NCBI RefSeq assembly: GCF_009914755.1
Contig: NC_060945.1
DNA: 64,000 bases
Direction: 5' to 3' (one strand)
Origin: the human T2T-CHM13v2.0 reference genome, Homo sapiens
Shown: positions 1 through 13,800 of the stretch, in pieces
How positions within the stretch are numbered: position 1 is the first letter of the stretch
Layout of the letters: every line of letters begins with the position of its first letter
Program-made: the position numbers and the translations under genes
The notes under the pieces: model-generated
Databases searched by the model: none
Seen by the model: only the letters and a program-made list of their open reading frames with translations
What the model was told of the DNA's origin: nothing

Positions 1-357
1 CCACACATAAAACCCCAATATATTCTTTCCAATTCATATCACTATGAATCAGAATGAAGTTGTTGCAAATGATGGTCAGTGAAGAAGAATAGAAGGGAGG
101 TTGGAAAAAGTGAGGCTTATTGCCTCTAACATTTCTGCCATTCTTACAGTGATTGGTATGCTCGATGTATTACAATTTGTCCTCACTTTGTTAGAATCAA
201 CTTTGTTATCTTAAACAGCCAATCATATAGCCAAATAACAACATCAACAACAAAAAGAAGTGTTCCAAAACCACTAGCCTGGTAGCAATTCTAATGCAGG
301 TGGTAAAGAGGTATTTGATCATGTTTATTCTTTGGTTTCATTTATTTTAATGCAGTC

Positions 358-732
358 TGTCTCAGACATTTTCTGTTGCTATAACATAATACAATTGACT
401 GGGCAAATTATAAAGAAAAGAAATTTATATCTCACAGTTCTGGAGGTTAGAAAGTTCAAGAGCAGAGCACGGTACTGGCACCCAGCGAGGGCCTTCTTGC
501 TGCATTGTAACATGCTGGAGGGCATCACATGTCAACAGGGCAAGAGCACGTGTGTCAGCTCAAGTCTGTTTCCCTCCTCTCATAAAACTACCAGTGTCAT
601 CATGGAGGCTCCACACTGATGACCTTATCTCATCCTAACGACCTCCCAAAGACCCCACCTCCAATCAACGTATGAATTTGCAGAATAAGTCTCCAACACA
701 TAAAATTTGGTGAACATATTCAAACCATAGTA
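358..732 (-). mobile_element. MaLR solo LTR (MLT1A/MST-like)
   Basis: Typical MLT1A-type motifs (aaatttatatctcacagttctggagg ... cattcaaaccatag); flanked by CAGTC/TAGTC, a probable 5-bp TSD. Confidence 0.8.
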
Positions 733-816
733 TAGTCCATGAGAAGATCTTCTCTAATGGAAAATTTGCTAATACAGCTTGAAGCCGTTGTGTTCATGTG
801 GACTTCTGTTTTCCAG

Positions 817-990
817 CAGTGATTCTTACCCTTGGGTGAACCTGGGAATCAACTGCTTGTGTTTTAGAAATTCTAATATTCAGGCTAACTTCAGACCAAT
901 TAAATAAGTTTGTGTGGGGTGGGGCCAGAGCATTAGTATCTTTAAAGCTACCAATATGATTGTTAAGTCCGGAAAGGCTGAGCACCACTG
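817..990. mobile_element. MER5-type hAT-Charlie MITE
   Basis: Termini cagtgattctt ... gctgagcaccactg; internal ggggtggggccagagcattagtatc. Confidence 0.6.
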
Positions 991-1384
991 CAGCAGGCAC
1001 ACTCCCCGTTCTTTTTGCCTCCCATTGCATTGGACATTAGCCATTTTAGCCTTTGTAATTTCCTGCCCAGGAAGTTAATCTAAGAACTTTCTTCTGTTGA
1101 TGTGAATGTGGATGTGAGTTGCCTTTCTTAACTCAGTTGAGGACCATCTTTCCAATTTCCAAAAACCCCTTCCATCATAATCAGATGTCACTTCAAAGTA
1201 AATTTTAGTGTCATTCACATGACATTGGATGGCAGGGATATGTCCATGTTGGGCATTTAATTATGATGCACACCTGTTTGGAACATTGGGGAGATGGCAC
1301 TCAAATTTATTACAAACTCCATTGAACTTCTGAAACCATTTAGAGTCTTTACTATTCAAGTGTGATGGGGGAAGTAGAAACAAG

Positions 1385-1514
1385 GGCATCTCCTGGAAGC
1401 TTGTTACAAATGCACATTCTCAGGCCTCAGCCTAGACCTGCTGAATCAGATTCTGCATTTTAACAAGATCCCCAAGTGGTTAGTGTGCACATTAAAATTT
1501 GAGAAGCCCTTGCT
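1385..1514. mobile_element. MER5-type hAT-Charlie MITE
   Basis: gcttgttacaaatgcacattctcaggcc...gctgaatcag...gcattttaacaagatcccc...tttgagaagc. Confidence 0.8.
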
Positions 1515-2103
1515 GAGTGTCAGTTACAGAACATATGTCACAAACTGAATCATGATATATTCAGTGTCCATACTAATTCCAAGGGCTCTTTGATTTTCAT
1601 GGATTTCAGCTTGTGTGTGCTGAAGCCTGTGGCAGACACCTTGCAGACCTCCAACCGTCTCTCAGCTGAAGAATCTTTGTTCTGAAGCAACCAATAAAAG
1701 GGATTTCTTTTTCCTTAAAGAGCAACTGGGGTCAAAGCATACTGGAGTGAGCTTCCTGGTAAGTAAGAGTTCTTTATATTAGACTCCAGGTCTGTTCTAA
1801 TTCATTCCTGCTGCTTCCTTTGATGAGATATTTTTCACACCTTCATTCTTTCTTTCATCCAGATTTCTCAACCAAATATGCTTCCCACTGAGGGGTTAAC
1901 AATTATACTTTTATTTTCTTCAGCATGGGCCTGAACGTTAGCATGGCTCACCTTGACCCTGCTTTTAGGCAGAGCTTCTCCAATCTATCAGCCTCTCCAT
2001 TTGACAGCCATTTGCTCCCTTTAATTTTTTTTTTAGTATCATTTACCTGAATTTGTGAAATATAGAAAAGCATTAGATATAGACTTGCAATGCTCTGTCC
2101 TAA

Positions 2104-2494
<391 letters not shown>

Positions 2495-2626
2495 TAGCTT
2501 GTTCTTATCTTAGTACTTCTTTTCTACCTCTAAAACTATGTAGTGAAGTATGATCAATCAAGCTTAAAATATCTTAGTTGCAAAGGTGAGGGAAAAAATA
2601 AAACTCCACAATTTTCATTTGGTAAA

Positions 2627-2700
2627 TCTCTCTCTCTCTTTATATATATATGTGTGTATGTGCGTGTGTGTGTGTGTGTGTGTGTGTATACACTGTATAT
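2627..2700. repeat. Compound microsatellite (CT)n-(TA)n-(TG)n
   Basis: Seen directly. Confidence 0.95.
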
Positions 2701-2989
2701 ATATTCATGGATTATGACATTTTCATAGATATATACTGCATGTATATACAGATGAATATAGATATAGATATAAAGATAGAAAAATAGATACATATTTATG
2801 TACTTGCACACACATAGCTACCCTCCTCTCCACCTCTAAACCACAAAGTAACTGATATAGTGTCGTCTTGTGTCAGTAATTGGTTATTTTTTTCTGATTG
2901 GCATGATAACTCTTTCCAAGTTCTCTGGTTCTAGCCCTGACCACTCACTGTAGGTCAGGGGAGGAGGTGATCCTGGCCTCACCATCTTC

Positions 2990-3363
2990 CCAATGTATGT
3001 CATCTTCCTGGCAACAGCATTTGTGCCAATCAGTGATCATGTGACTTGAGAAAAGCCAATCCCAAGGCTTCCCTGAGACTGAAATTTCTTTCTCTGCTGG
3101 GGATTCCAAGATGGGGCTGTTAGCAGTAATATCGTTTACTTTGTGGAGAGGATCTATTGCAACAGAAGAAATAAATAACTCGGAGGAAAGTCAAGCAGAG
3201 ATGTACAAGAATCTTAGGGAATTCCTGAAACCTGCCTTCCTATAGCTTCCTTTCTCTTTGACATCCTTTCCCAAATTATTGTTGTGGACCAATAATTGAG
3301 TCTTTTGCTTATGCTGATTTGAGTAGGATTTTATCACCTGTATTTGAAAGAGTCTCAAATAAT
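2990..3363 (+). mobile_element. Ancient MaLR LTR fragment (MLT1J/K/L-like)
   Basis: 3' end tttgcttatgctgatttgagtaggattttatcacc...gaaagagtctc resembles the MLT1K/L terminus. Confidence 0.5.
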
Positions 3364-3387
3364 GTCAGTGTATTTCTACATTCATAT

Positions 3388-4102
3388 TCATGCAGGATTT
3401 TTCTCAGCCACTTTGCCAGTTGAGGACCTCCATGGCCAGCGATGTCTCCACCTAAGCCTTGCTCTACAACAGGCCTGCCACAGGAGGCACCCTGTCCACT
3501 CAGCCTTCTGGGCTATGCCTGGCTTGCACGCTGGTCCGCATCCTACACTCACCGCGGGGTCCGCGCTCAGTTTGCAGCTCGTACCTGAGTTTGGAAGTTC
3601 CCACGTTCTTGTCCCGCCTCCAAGAAGAATGAGGTTATGGTGACAATCAAAAAGTGAAGATGGGGGAGAAGAATTTTACTGAGCGATGGAACAGCTCTCA
3701 GTGGGGAGGGGATGCAAGGGTGGTCCCCCACCCAAAGTCGGGTGGTCTTTCCCATAGTGTGGCTGCATCCAGGGCTTTCAAGGCTCAGAATGGGGGAGTG
3801 CATGCTGATTGGTGTGTGAGTATACAAAAAAGGCTAAAACAAAGGCACCACTCAAAGATGGGCATGACATTGTAAAAAACCAAATGTGGGAGGGGTAGAT
3901 ATATATAAAATAGGTGAAAGGTGAGGATCAATCAGAGGAGGGCGGACCAAACGGGAAGGGAGGTTCTCAATCTGGTCCAGGGCTTTACTTGGGACTTGTA
4001 GCTTGACTTTCAGGCTATAAACTGTCTTTGGTTTGAAGGTAGAGTTTCACCAGGGACCTGCTCCTATCTACCTAGGGATTTGTTTGCCTCCTGCTGCTAT
4101 CA
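3388..4102 (-). mobile_element. ERV1 solo LTR (MER52/LTR27/LTR28 group)
   Basis: Minus strand begins TGATAGCAGCAGGAGGCAAACAAATCCCTAGG as in this group; 4-bp TSD ATAT at 3384-3387 and 4103-4106. Confidence 0.85.
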
Positions 4103-4299
4103 ATATTTATTCACCTTCTTTCTATTTTGATCTCCATATTGCCAACAAGTTCAACATTTGTATAGCAGGTTAGACTTAAATGTTAGACTTAAATTTCTTA
4201 GGCAAGTAACCAAGGAATTCTCACTTAGGCAAACAAGGAAACTGTTATTGGACCAGGTTAGAAATTGAACTGGTTTGGTGTTGAACATACTGACGTAAA

Positions 4300-4485
4300 G
4301 CTAGACTTTCACTGGGAAAGGCAAAGAAAGGGGATTTCCCTGACAGCCTCCAGAGGGAACACCTTGAAACTGAAGTATACTTATATAGTTATCAATACCA
4401 TACTTCTATAAGTTAATCAATTTGTGTTGTTTTTAAGCCACTGAGTTTGTGGTGATTTGTTTTGCCAGCAGTAGGAAACTAATCA
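4300..4485 (+). mobile_element. MLT1 LTR 3' fragment
   Basis: ttttaagccactgagtttgtggtgatttgttttgccagcagtaggaaactaat. Confidence 0.75.
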
Positions 4486-4991
4486 CTTGTCAACTGCCTC
4501 ATCTGAATCTCAGTTGTCAAGAGAGAATACCCCTGATGTGTGGCTTCTTTTGCCTCTCCAGTAAGGCCTGACCATATCACTTCCTGCTGTGCGGTAGTGT
4601 CTTGAATTCCCAACCTTTCATGTCTTTAGGGCTGAGCAGGATGGAAGGATAGTCCCACCACTAACTTCGGCTCCCTGCCTCTTTTGCCCATCTCTCAACT
4701 ATGGCACTGCCAGGCCCCATCTTACTGTACAGTGCTTATTAGTTTTCATTGGCTGCAGCCTTCACTCTGGGACTAAGCTTGAATCTAAGTATAAGATCTT
4801 CTTCTTTAGGGCAGTGTTTCTCATTTGCTGTACCCCAGGGCTGGGAAGCCCTGTCCTATACATCACCAGTTTGGTAGATTTGAGAGAGAAGGGGATTTGG
4901 GGGTGATACATTTCTGTTTGCCTCTGGACTCTGCAACAAACTAGTAGCAGAATTTTGAACAAGTTGCTTTATTTTTGTGAGTCACAGAATC

Positions 4992-5259
4992 TTCCCTCCT
5001 TCCCTCCTCTTCTCCTCTCCTTTCTTCTCTCCTCTCCTCTCCTTTCTCCTCTCCTTTCTCCTCTCCTCTCCCTTCTCCTCTCCTCTCCTATCTCCTTTCT
5101 CCTCTCCTCTCCTCTCTTCTCTCCTCTCCTCTCCTCTCCTCTCTTCTCCTCCCCTCCCCTCCCTTCCCTTCCCTTCTCCTTCCTTCCTTCCTTCCTCTTT
5201 CCCTTCCCTCCACTTCCTTTCTCTCCCCTCCCCTCCCCTCTCCTTCCCTTCCCTTTTCC
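4992..5259. repeat. Polypyrimidine/polypurine low-complexity tract, (CTCTC)n/(CTTC)n-like
   Basis: About 265 bp almost purely C/T. Confidence 0.97.
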
Positions 5260-5509
5260 AAATGTAAAAAAAAGATAATGTCCACCTCTTCTTAGTAATG
5301 TAAGAACTCTCTAACTGAACAAACACATACAAAAAATCTGGATTCTCTGAAAGTGTTCAACAAAAGCTTCATTAATCACCTTTCTTGAACTTAGTAACAA
5401 AACAAACAAACAAGGAAAAACACAATTGAAAACTTAGCAAGATTAAACTGCCTTAAAAGACCAGGCATTGCACTCTGTGCTAGGTCTAATAAATGAAAAC
5501 AAAAACAGT

Positions 5510-5788
5510 AACTTGGTGGATACATGTTATTACATATTTGTTAAAACTCATAGGTTGTACAACACCTAAAGTGAACCCTAATGTAAGCTATGGACCTAAG
5601 GTAATAATTATGTATCAATGTAGGTTCATCGATTGCAATAAATGTAGCACTCTGGTGCAGAATGTTGATTGTGAGGGAGGCTAGCGGGGTAGGGGGAGGA
5701 AGGAGTCCATGGTAGTAACCCTCTGTACTTTCTGCTCAATTTTGCTGTGAACCCAAAACTGCCCTAAAACATAAAATCTTTAAAAAAT
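5510..5788 (+). mobile_element. Ancient L1M (L1MC-like) 3' end
   Basis: gtgaaccctaatgtaagctatggac ... caattttgctgtgaacccaaaactgc, then A-rich end. Confidence 0.8.
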
Positions 5789-6334
5789 TAATGTCATCAA
5801 ATAAATCTACAAACCCCTGAGTAGAAGAAATGGATGTCAACGTAGTGAGTGTGTCTCATGGGCAAGGGGGTAAATTGCAGATTCAGGGAAAGCTGGAGGA
5901 CCCTTTGCCTTCAACTGCCTTCTCTTTTTGTGCACAAAAGCTAATTCTTTCACAATTTCTTACAATGTGTTATATTGTATTTTCCACTGAAAGCCACCAG
6001 CATACAACTATGAATCAGAACTCATATAAGGGCTCATAACTAGGGTAACTTCTTAGTTCAGTCTATATTGCTCTGGTCCCTTATCTGGAATATTTGTTCT
6101 CCCCTAAGAACATTATAAAATCTGTTTAATGTGTTAAAAATCACAGTATGCTAAATGCTATTTCTTAAGAAAATTCACCCATGTTATTTCTTGTTAATAT
6201 TTAACCACAAAAAAAAAGATAATGTAAAAAAATACATGGAGAGAATATTATTTCTTCTGACTATTGGGGAAAAAGTCTCTAAAGTAGAGTTTTTAATAAT
6301 ACTGAGTTTGGGGATGCCTCAATCACCTCCACTT

Positions 6335-6728
<394 letters not shown>

Positions 6729-8062
6729 TTTAAATCCTTGTGCTACCCTTTGTCATGTCATACACATTGCATATTCTTCAGAGCAAGCGGATAACTAAGT
6801 AAGAAAGCACCTTATAATCCAGAACCCCAACCATCACTGTTCTTACACTTGCTCATTCCGTAATTCAGAAAACATTCATCAAATTCTAGCTCTGCCCATA
6901 ACATTGCAGAATGTCTTTTTATTCCTCTTTTCATCCAGTATTCACGATTGCCGCCCTTAATTGAGCATTTCTCTATCTGGATTCCCTTCAGAGCTTCCAG
7001 CAGCCCTGAGTCTGCCTCAGTGTTGTTTTTTTTTTTTTGCTAGAGGATTAATATATATGTATTTATAATGTATATATACACATATTATATATGTATATAT
7101 AATACATGTTAAAACGTTTACAGAATGTTTCTGCTATCTATAAATGATTTTAACTTTCCTGCCTGTCATATATTTTATGTAAATACTAGAATAAAAACAT
7201 TTTAAAAATACAGAAATGTGTGATGAATACAGGAAATGCCATCTGCAATTCTCCCACCATATAGATCTTAGAGTTTTGAACTGTATTTAGTGGAAACTAG
7301 TCGCTGCCTCTCAGCCACTAGAGGACTAATATCTATGATTATTAGAGAAGTTGAAATAAAGTGTCTTTCTAATGACTCTTTCTCAAAGCAGATCACAGGT
7401 TGATTTAGTGAAACCAGGTCGTCAGTATGCGGCCAAGTGTTGCTGGTGCCTGCTCTAAAGCAATATGAGGTGGGTCACTTCTCCTTTCTTATCAGCAGCC
7501 ACTCAGATCTCTTCATTCGTCTTTATTCAGGAAGCTCTTAGAATTTCCCACTGGTATCCTTATCCTGTCCTTCTAAATTTAATTCTAAGACCAAGGCCAC
7601 ATGTTATATTGGTCAGATTAGTTAGACCCAGAAAATATGAGAGATATCAAAACAATTTATTTCACTTGGAAAAACAACACTTTAAGCAAAATTCAAACTC
7701 TATTATGTCCAGGAAAGCTTTTGGTGACTTTTCCAGACTTCTGGTGAGTGTAGAATAATTGACAAGTGGAGCTTGTTTGTCCATGGAGTGAAGAAGAATG
7801 GGTGATTTAGTAAATCACAGGCTGAAATGCATTTTAATAAACAACTTCCTTATTCAGTTCAGCATTTGAATGTCTTGTTGCTTACTTTGATTTGAGGTCT
7901 GCAATATCTAAATCTTTTTCAAGTGTTTCACAAAAATAACCTTTCCATGTGTTACTCACCCAAAGCTTCATTAATTAACTCTCCTGTGGTCAAAAGGTGA
8001 ATAGAAATGATTTGTGGCAATCCTCTCCCATGGACCAAAAGATGCCAATTATCTCCCATTAA

Positions 8063-8487
<425 letters not shown>

Positions 8488-10406
8488 TCTTTTTCCTTTT
8501 ATAGGAAGCAGAATCACCTGCTTTTGCTCATTCCCAAATATGATTTGGAAACAAGATAATGTTAGCTGATCTTTCTCTCCACTTGTTAGGTGTTGCAACA
8601 CTTGTAGTTCTGTCACCCTCTGATCCTTGGAGGACTGAAGAACTTTAGCAGAGAGGGAGAGTAAGAGTCCATGATAAAATAAAAATAAAGAGAAGAAGAT
8701 GGGAGAAAAGCAACCTAGACCATCTACAACAGAACTTACAGAAAAAAGACAAGAAAGGGACAATTTATTTTTACAAAATAGTTAATATTTTCTCTTTTGG
8801 CAAGCATAATGAATTTTTATTTTGCATTTTTATTTGGATAATTTTCGATTTCCCAAATACTTTAGATAGTCTTAATTTTTGTTATCTGTGTACTTTCTCC
8901 TCAACATGCTCAGAGATACTTTCTTAACTTATAAAAAGAAATTAGTCCTCATTTTTAGATGAAAGCTCAGTTTAAAGAAGTCAGAGCCCCCATAGACAGA
9001 AACAGAGCCCGTTCTTGCTGGGTTGGAGTTACATGGAGCCCCCCAGCAACACCCTTCTCATGTGAAAGCACAAAGGCAGTGACTCATGTGGTGCATTTGA
9101 AAGATTCAGAATGCCCCTTCGCTGCAGAATATCACCCTTACTGTTCCCAGGGCTGCAGTAAAGTTCCTTCATTTAAGTCCTTTTTTAAAGGATAAAATCT
9201 GATAGCAAGTAAGAAAAACATTTACTTCCTTGAATTTGCTAATTATACCTCCAGACAACCACGATAAAGAAGCTAAATACATGTGTCATAGGATGGTTTC
9301 TTGTGACTGAAATGATGGAAGGAAAAGGAGAAGAGGAAGGCAGGTGAGGACTTTGCTATAAACGTTTATTGATTTCAAATGATCCCCTCCCTCTTTTCCT
9401 TCCTGCTCCCTAGCTCTCTTTATCTGTCCCTCCTTCTCCCATTTTCCTTTTCTTCTCCTTCTCCCTTTTTTTCTTCTTTCATTCTTCTCTTTCTTCCTTC
9501 AATTCTTCTTCAATATTCAGTGGAAAAGCCATTGCATGGGAATGAACACAATGGCCATTGACACAGGAGGAAGGAAGGAAGGCACAGCAGTCTGTTGGGG
9601 ATGCAGGATATGAGTATGACAAGAAGGGCACCTGTGGAAAGTTGGGGTGCAGGGTGTGGTAATGAAGGTGGCCAATCAGAAGTGGAAAGAAGAGAGCATC
9701 TGCAGGAAGGTGAGGACAGAGTAGCTTGGTCCACAGAAGGAGGAACAGCTAAAGCTAAATCAGGGTGGTTTGAGCCTGATTGTGGTAAGGGGGACATTTG
9801 AGAAAGAGGTTGCAGCAGGTGGTGAAGTGTAGGGGGCAGGTCAAAGCTAGGTGGGGGCAGCTGTAGTTAGGAGCTTGGGCAGAGTATCGAATGCTGAATT
9901 AAGGGTGGCATATCCCTTCCACTTTGGGAGCCAATAGTGGTCCCTAGCAAGTTGTCGAGATTGTGAGTAAGGACCAGAGGACACCTGTTGGGAGGTATAT
10001 GACAGATCAATGGTAGATTGGTTACATCCAAAGACAATTCTTATAGTAAATTGATATTAGAAGTTAAACAGAAGCCAGTTTTTCACTGTTGGGAATAGAT
10101 TAAAAATACAGAAATGGGGAAAGTTAGAAATGAATCTTTTGTAGTTGATTTAGAATTGGAGTTATTAATGTTAACTTATACCTTTCAATACATATTTAGG
10201 TAGGGATAATTAATGATGTAAATGGCTTATTGCTAAATTGTTTTTTTTTTAATTGTTGAACTGTGAGAGTTCTTCATACATTCCACATACGAGTCCTGTA
10301 TCAGATGTATCTTTTTCAAATATCTTCTCCAAATTCTGTGGGCTATATTTTTCTTTCTTGATAATGTCCTTGAAAGCACAATGCTTTTAGTTTTGATAAA
10401 TTCTCA

Positions 10407-11109
10407 GTGGCTCACACCTGTAATCCCAGCACTTTGGGAGGCCGAGGTGGGCAGATCGTGAGGTCAGGAGATCGAGACCGTCCTGGCTAACATGGTGAAA
10501 CCCCGTCTCTACTAAAAGTACAAAAAATTAGCCAGGTGTGGTGGTGGGTGTCTGTAGTCCCAGCTACTCGGGAGGCTGAGGCAGGAGAATGGCATGAACC
10601 CGGGAGGTGGTGTCAGGCCTCTGAGCCCAAGCCAAGCCATCACATCCCCTGTGACTTGCACATATACATCCAGATGGCCTGAAGTAACTGAAGATCCACA
10701 AAAGAAGTAAAAATAGCCTTAACTGATGACAATCCACCATTGTGATTTGTTCCTGCCCCACCCTAACTGATCAATGTACTTTGTAATCTCCCCCACCCTT
10801 AAGAAGGTTCTTTGTAATTCTCCCCACCCTTGAGAATGTACTTTGTGAGATCCACCCCTGCCCGTAAAACATTGCTCTTAACTTCACCATCTATCTCAAA
10901 ACCTATAAGAACTAATGATAATCCACCACCCTTTACTGACTCTCTTTTCGGACTCAGCCCGCCTGCACCCAGGTGAAATAAACAGCCATGTTGCTCACAC
11001 AAAGCCTGTTTGGTGGTCTCTTCACACGGACGCACATGAAAGGTGGAGCTTGCAGTGAGCCAAGGAGCACCACTGCACTCCAGCCTGGGCGACAGAGACT
11101 CCATCTCAC

Positions 11110-11138
<29 letters not shown>
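10407..11138 (+). mobile_element. AluY (slightly 5'-truncated) split by an LTR7 insertion; Alu parts 10407-10610 and 11047-11138
   Basis: AluY diagnostics gagatcgagaccgtcctggctaac, gagaatggcatgaacccgggag, gagcttgcagtgag; TSD GATAAATTCTCA at 10395-10406 and 11139-11150. Confidence 0.95.
10611..11041 (+). mobile_element. HERV-H solo LTR (LTR7B/LTR7Y-like)
   Basis: Starts TGTCAGGCCTCTGAGCCCAAGC and ends CACACGGACGCACATGAAA; 5-bp TSD GGTGG at 10606-10610 and 11042-11046; TATAAG at 10904; AATAAA at 10977. Confidence 0.96.
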
Positions 11139-11140
<2 letters not shown>

Positions 11141-11554
11141 TAAATTCTCATATATATCAACTTTTCTCTTTTGTCACTTGTGGTTTTGGTGTCATCTTGA
11201 AGAGACCATCACCTAACCCAAGGTTACAGAAATTTATGCCTATTTTTTCTTCTAAGGAGTATTATAGTTGTTGGCTTTTATACTTAGCTCTATAATATTT
11301 TTGAACTAATTTTTGTAGAAGGTATGAGGTAGGGATTCAACTTCATTCTTGTGTCAACTTCTTTGATGCGTCCACTAGAAATTATTAATTACAGGAGAAC
11401 TGGATACAGGAGGTGGCAGGGAAGACTCAGTCAGTCCTCAGCTCCACCATCAATGACCCACAATAATACATAAATCGGTGGGAGTGGGCAAGGAGAAGAG
11501 ATAGCATAACAGGCAGTGATAGCACAACCCCCAACCCCGCAAGCTACCTATAGT

Positions 11555-13800
11555 TGGGTAACAATTTTTCAATACTTTCTGATAATTTTTGCCTTATGAT
11601 GAGAGCATTTAACTCATTAATATTTAATGTCAATGCTGATAAGACAGGATTTACATCTTCCATATTGTTAGTTGATTTCCATGTCTTAAGTCATTTTGTG
11701 TTGTTCCATTCTTTCCTTATTTCCTTCTTCATATTAAGAAGATATCTTCTGGTATGCTTTTTAAATTCTGTTTTTTAAAAAATTATATTTTTAGTTATTT
11801 TCTTAATGATTTCCTGAGAAAGGACAAACATATATTTATACTGTTTTATATGTACTTATATAGTTGCTTTCATCAGTGCTATTTATTTCTTTATGTAGTT
11901 TAGATTTACTATCTAATCTCTTTTTATTTCAGACTGAAGGACTCGTTTTCATACTTCTTATTGGGTAGGACTGCTTGCAGCAAATTCTCAGTTTTTGTTT
12001 TTCTGGTAATGTCTTATTTTCCATTCATTTTTGAAGGATAGCTTTGCTGGCTATGATTGACAGGATTTTGGGGTCTGCCCTTTCAATATGTCATCCCACT
12101 GTCTTTTGGCCTCCATCATTTGTGGGAAGAAATCAGTGGAAGAAGTTAAGGAATCTTATTGAGGATTCCTTGTATGTGATGAATCAGTTTTGCCTTGTTT
12201 CTTTCAAGATTGTCTCTTTGTCTTTCATCAGTTTGACTATGATGTGTCTAGGTATGGATTTGAATTCATCCAATTTGAATTCATTGAATGGATAGATTAA
12301 TATTTTTCATCAAAGTTGGGATGTTTTTGGTCATTATTTCTTTAAATATTCTTTGTGTCCCTTGTTTGCTCTCTGTTTCCCTTCTGAAATTTCTATTTCT
12401 ATTATGCATATTTTGGTAAAATTGATGGGGTTTCACAGCTCTCAAAAGGTCTTTTCATTTTTCTTCATTCTTTTTTTTCTGTACCTCCCACCAGACAATT
12501 TCAACTGACATATGTTCACTTTTGTTGATTCTTTGCTGGCTCACATATGTTGTTGAGACCCTTCAATGAATTTTCCATTTCCTTTATTGTACTTTTCAAC
12601 TCAAGAATTTCTATTCAGTTCTTTTTTATATTTTGCCTTTTTATTGATATTCTCTTTTTCGTGAGACATTATGCTCATACATTCCTTTAATTCTTTAGGT
12701 GCAGTTTTTGGAACATGTACTATCTGATTTAAAGATTTTATTTATCAATTTCAGAAGCTGGACTTCTTCAAGTTAGTTTCTATTATCTGTTTTTTAAAAC
12801 TCATTTATGGACTATAGTTTCCTGGGGTTTTTTCGCCAGTCACATACAAGTTTTTATCATGTTAAAAGCTGAACATTTTTAATATTATAAAATGATAACA
12901 CTAGAAATCGAATTTTTCTCCCTACCCAAGGTTGTCTGTTGTTGCTGCTTGTTTGTTTAGTCATTTTCCAGGACTAATTCTATAAAGTCTGTATTCCTTG
13001 TCATGTGCAGCCCCTGAGGTCTCTGCTCAGCATAGAGGTCAGATAATTTTATTAGATAGAATTTTTCCAAATGCCTTGAACCAATCTGTTTACTACCCAT
13101 TGCTGAGGCACCAATATGCTGACAGTGTGTTTGAACACATTTTCATCTTTATCAGTTTTCAATTTTATCTTGATTTTTACTTTCTACTTGTTCAGAGCCT
13201 CAAGATCAGCCAGAGGTGGGAGATTAATGCACATGATTTCCTGGGCACCTGTGCATGGGCTTTGAGATTTCCAGGAATACAGAGAATCTTTGTCCAGCCT
13301 CTTTGCCCAGTTGGCATCACTGCATTAGGCAGCTGCAATGTTAAGCAATTGCTGATGGATTTTTTTTTTAAACAAATTCCCTCAGATAAAACTTTTCTCA
13401 CTGAACAAGCTCAGGTCAAGTATAGACCAACTCCATGAATGCAACCTTTGCAAAAAGCGTGAAAATAGTGTTGATTTTCTGGAGATAGGGCTTTTGGGAG
13501 CTTCAAGCTCATTCTAACTCGCACTCACCCTGTTACTGTTATTTTTCCTAGCTACCATGATTGTGAGGATTCTGGTTTTTAGGGCTTTCATGGAATTAGG
13601 AAAAGAGGAATAGAGCAAGTGCAAACCTCACAGAGCTCATTGTTATTTATAACATTAAGCTGTTTTTCTTGAATAAAGCTGCTCATAGTGTTGCAAACAT
13701 TTGGATAATTTCCACAGCTCCCAAATACTTGATTTTGATAAAGTTTTATAGTGACCTTTTTGCTTTTATGCAGTGGATTTTTGGAGTTCCTTGTATGTCT
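11555..13800 (-). mobile_element. Ancient L1M (ORF1/5' region, antisense), degenerate
   Basis: T-rich antisense L1 motifs (ttttgaaggatagctttgctggctat; ttgggatgtttttggtcattatttctttaaatatt). Confidence 0.75.

Larger units (their letters stand above)
10225..11350 (-). mobile_element. Old L1M ORF2 fragment hosting the AluY/LTR7 nest
   Basis: L1 antisense sequence (tatcagatgtatcttttcaaatatcttctcc ... gaggtagggattcaacttcattctt) continues across the Alu TSD. Confidence 0.75.

Noticed and set aside
1610-1764. Plus-strand exon candidates (CTG|GTAAGT at 1759; similar donor at 7744; acceptor at 14645)
   Set aside because: Isolated splice-like sites are expected by chance in 64 kb; no consistent reading frame or exon chain.
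4169-4194. Short tandem duplications (GTTAGACTTAAAT x2; also TGTTTGAAAGAATG x2 at 17722-17749)
   Set aside because: Ordinary slippage duplications with no further structure.
4955-5332. Leu/Ser/Pro-rich and Glu/Arg/Gly-rich ORFs
   Set aside because: Translations of the CT-rich simple repeat.
7313-7330. CTCF-like CCACTAGAGGAC (also CTATCAGGTGGCAC near 43193)
   Set aside because: Mismatches at high-information core positions and no upstream module.
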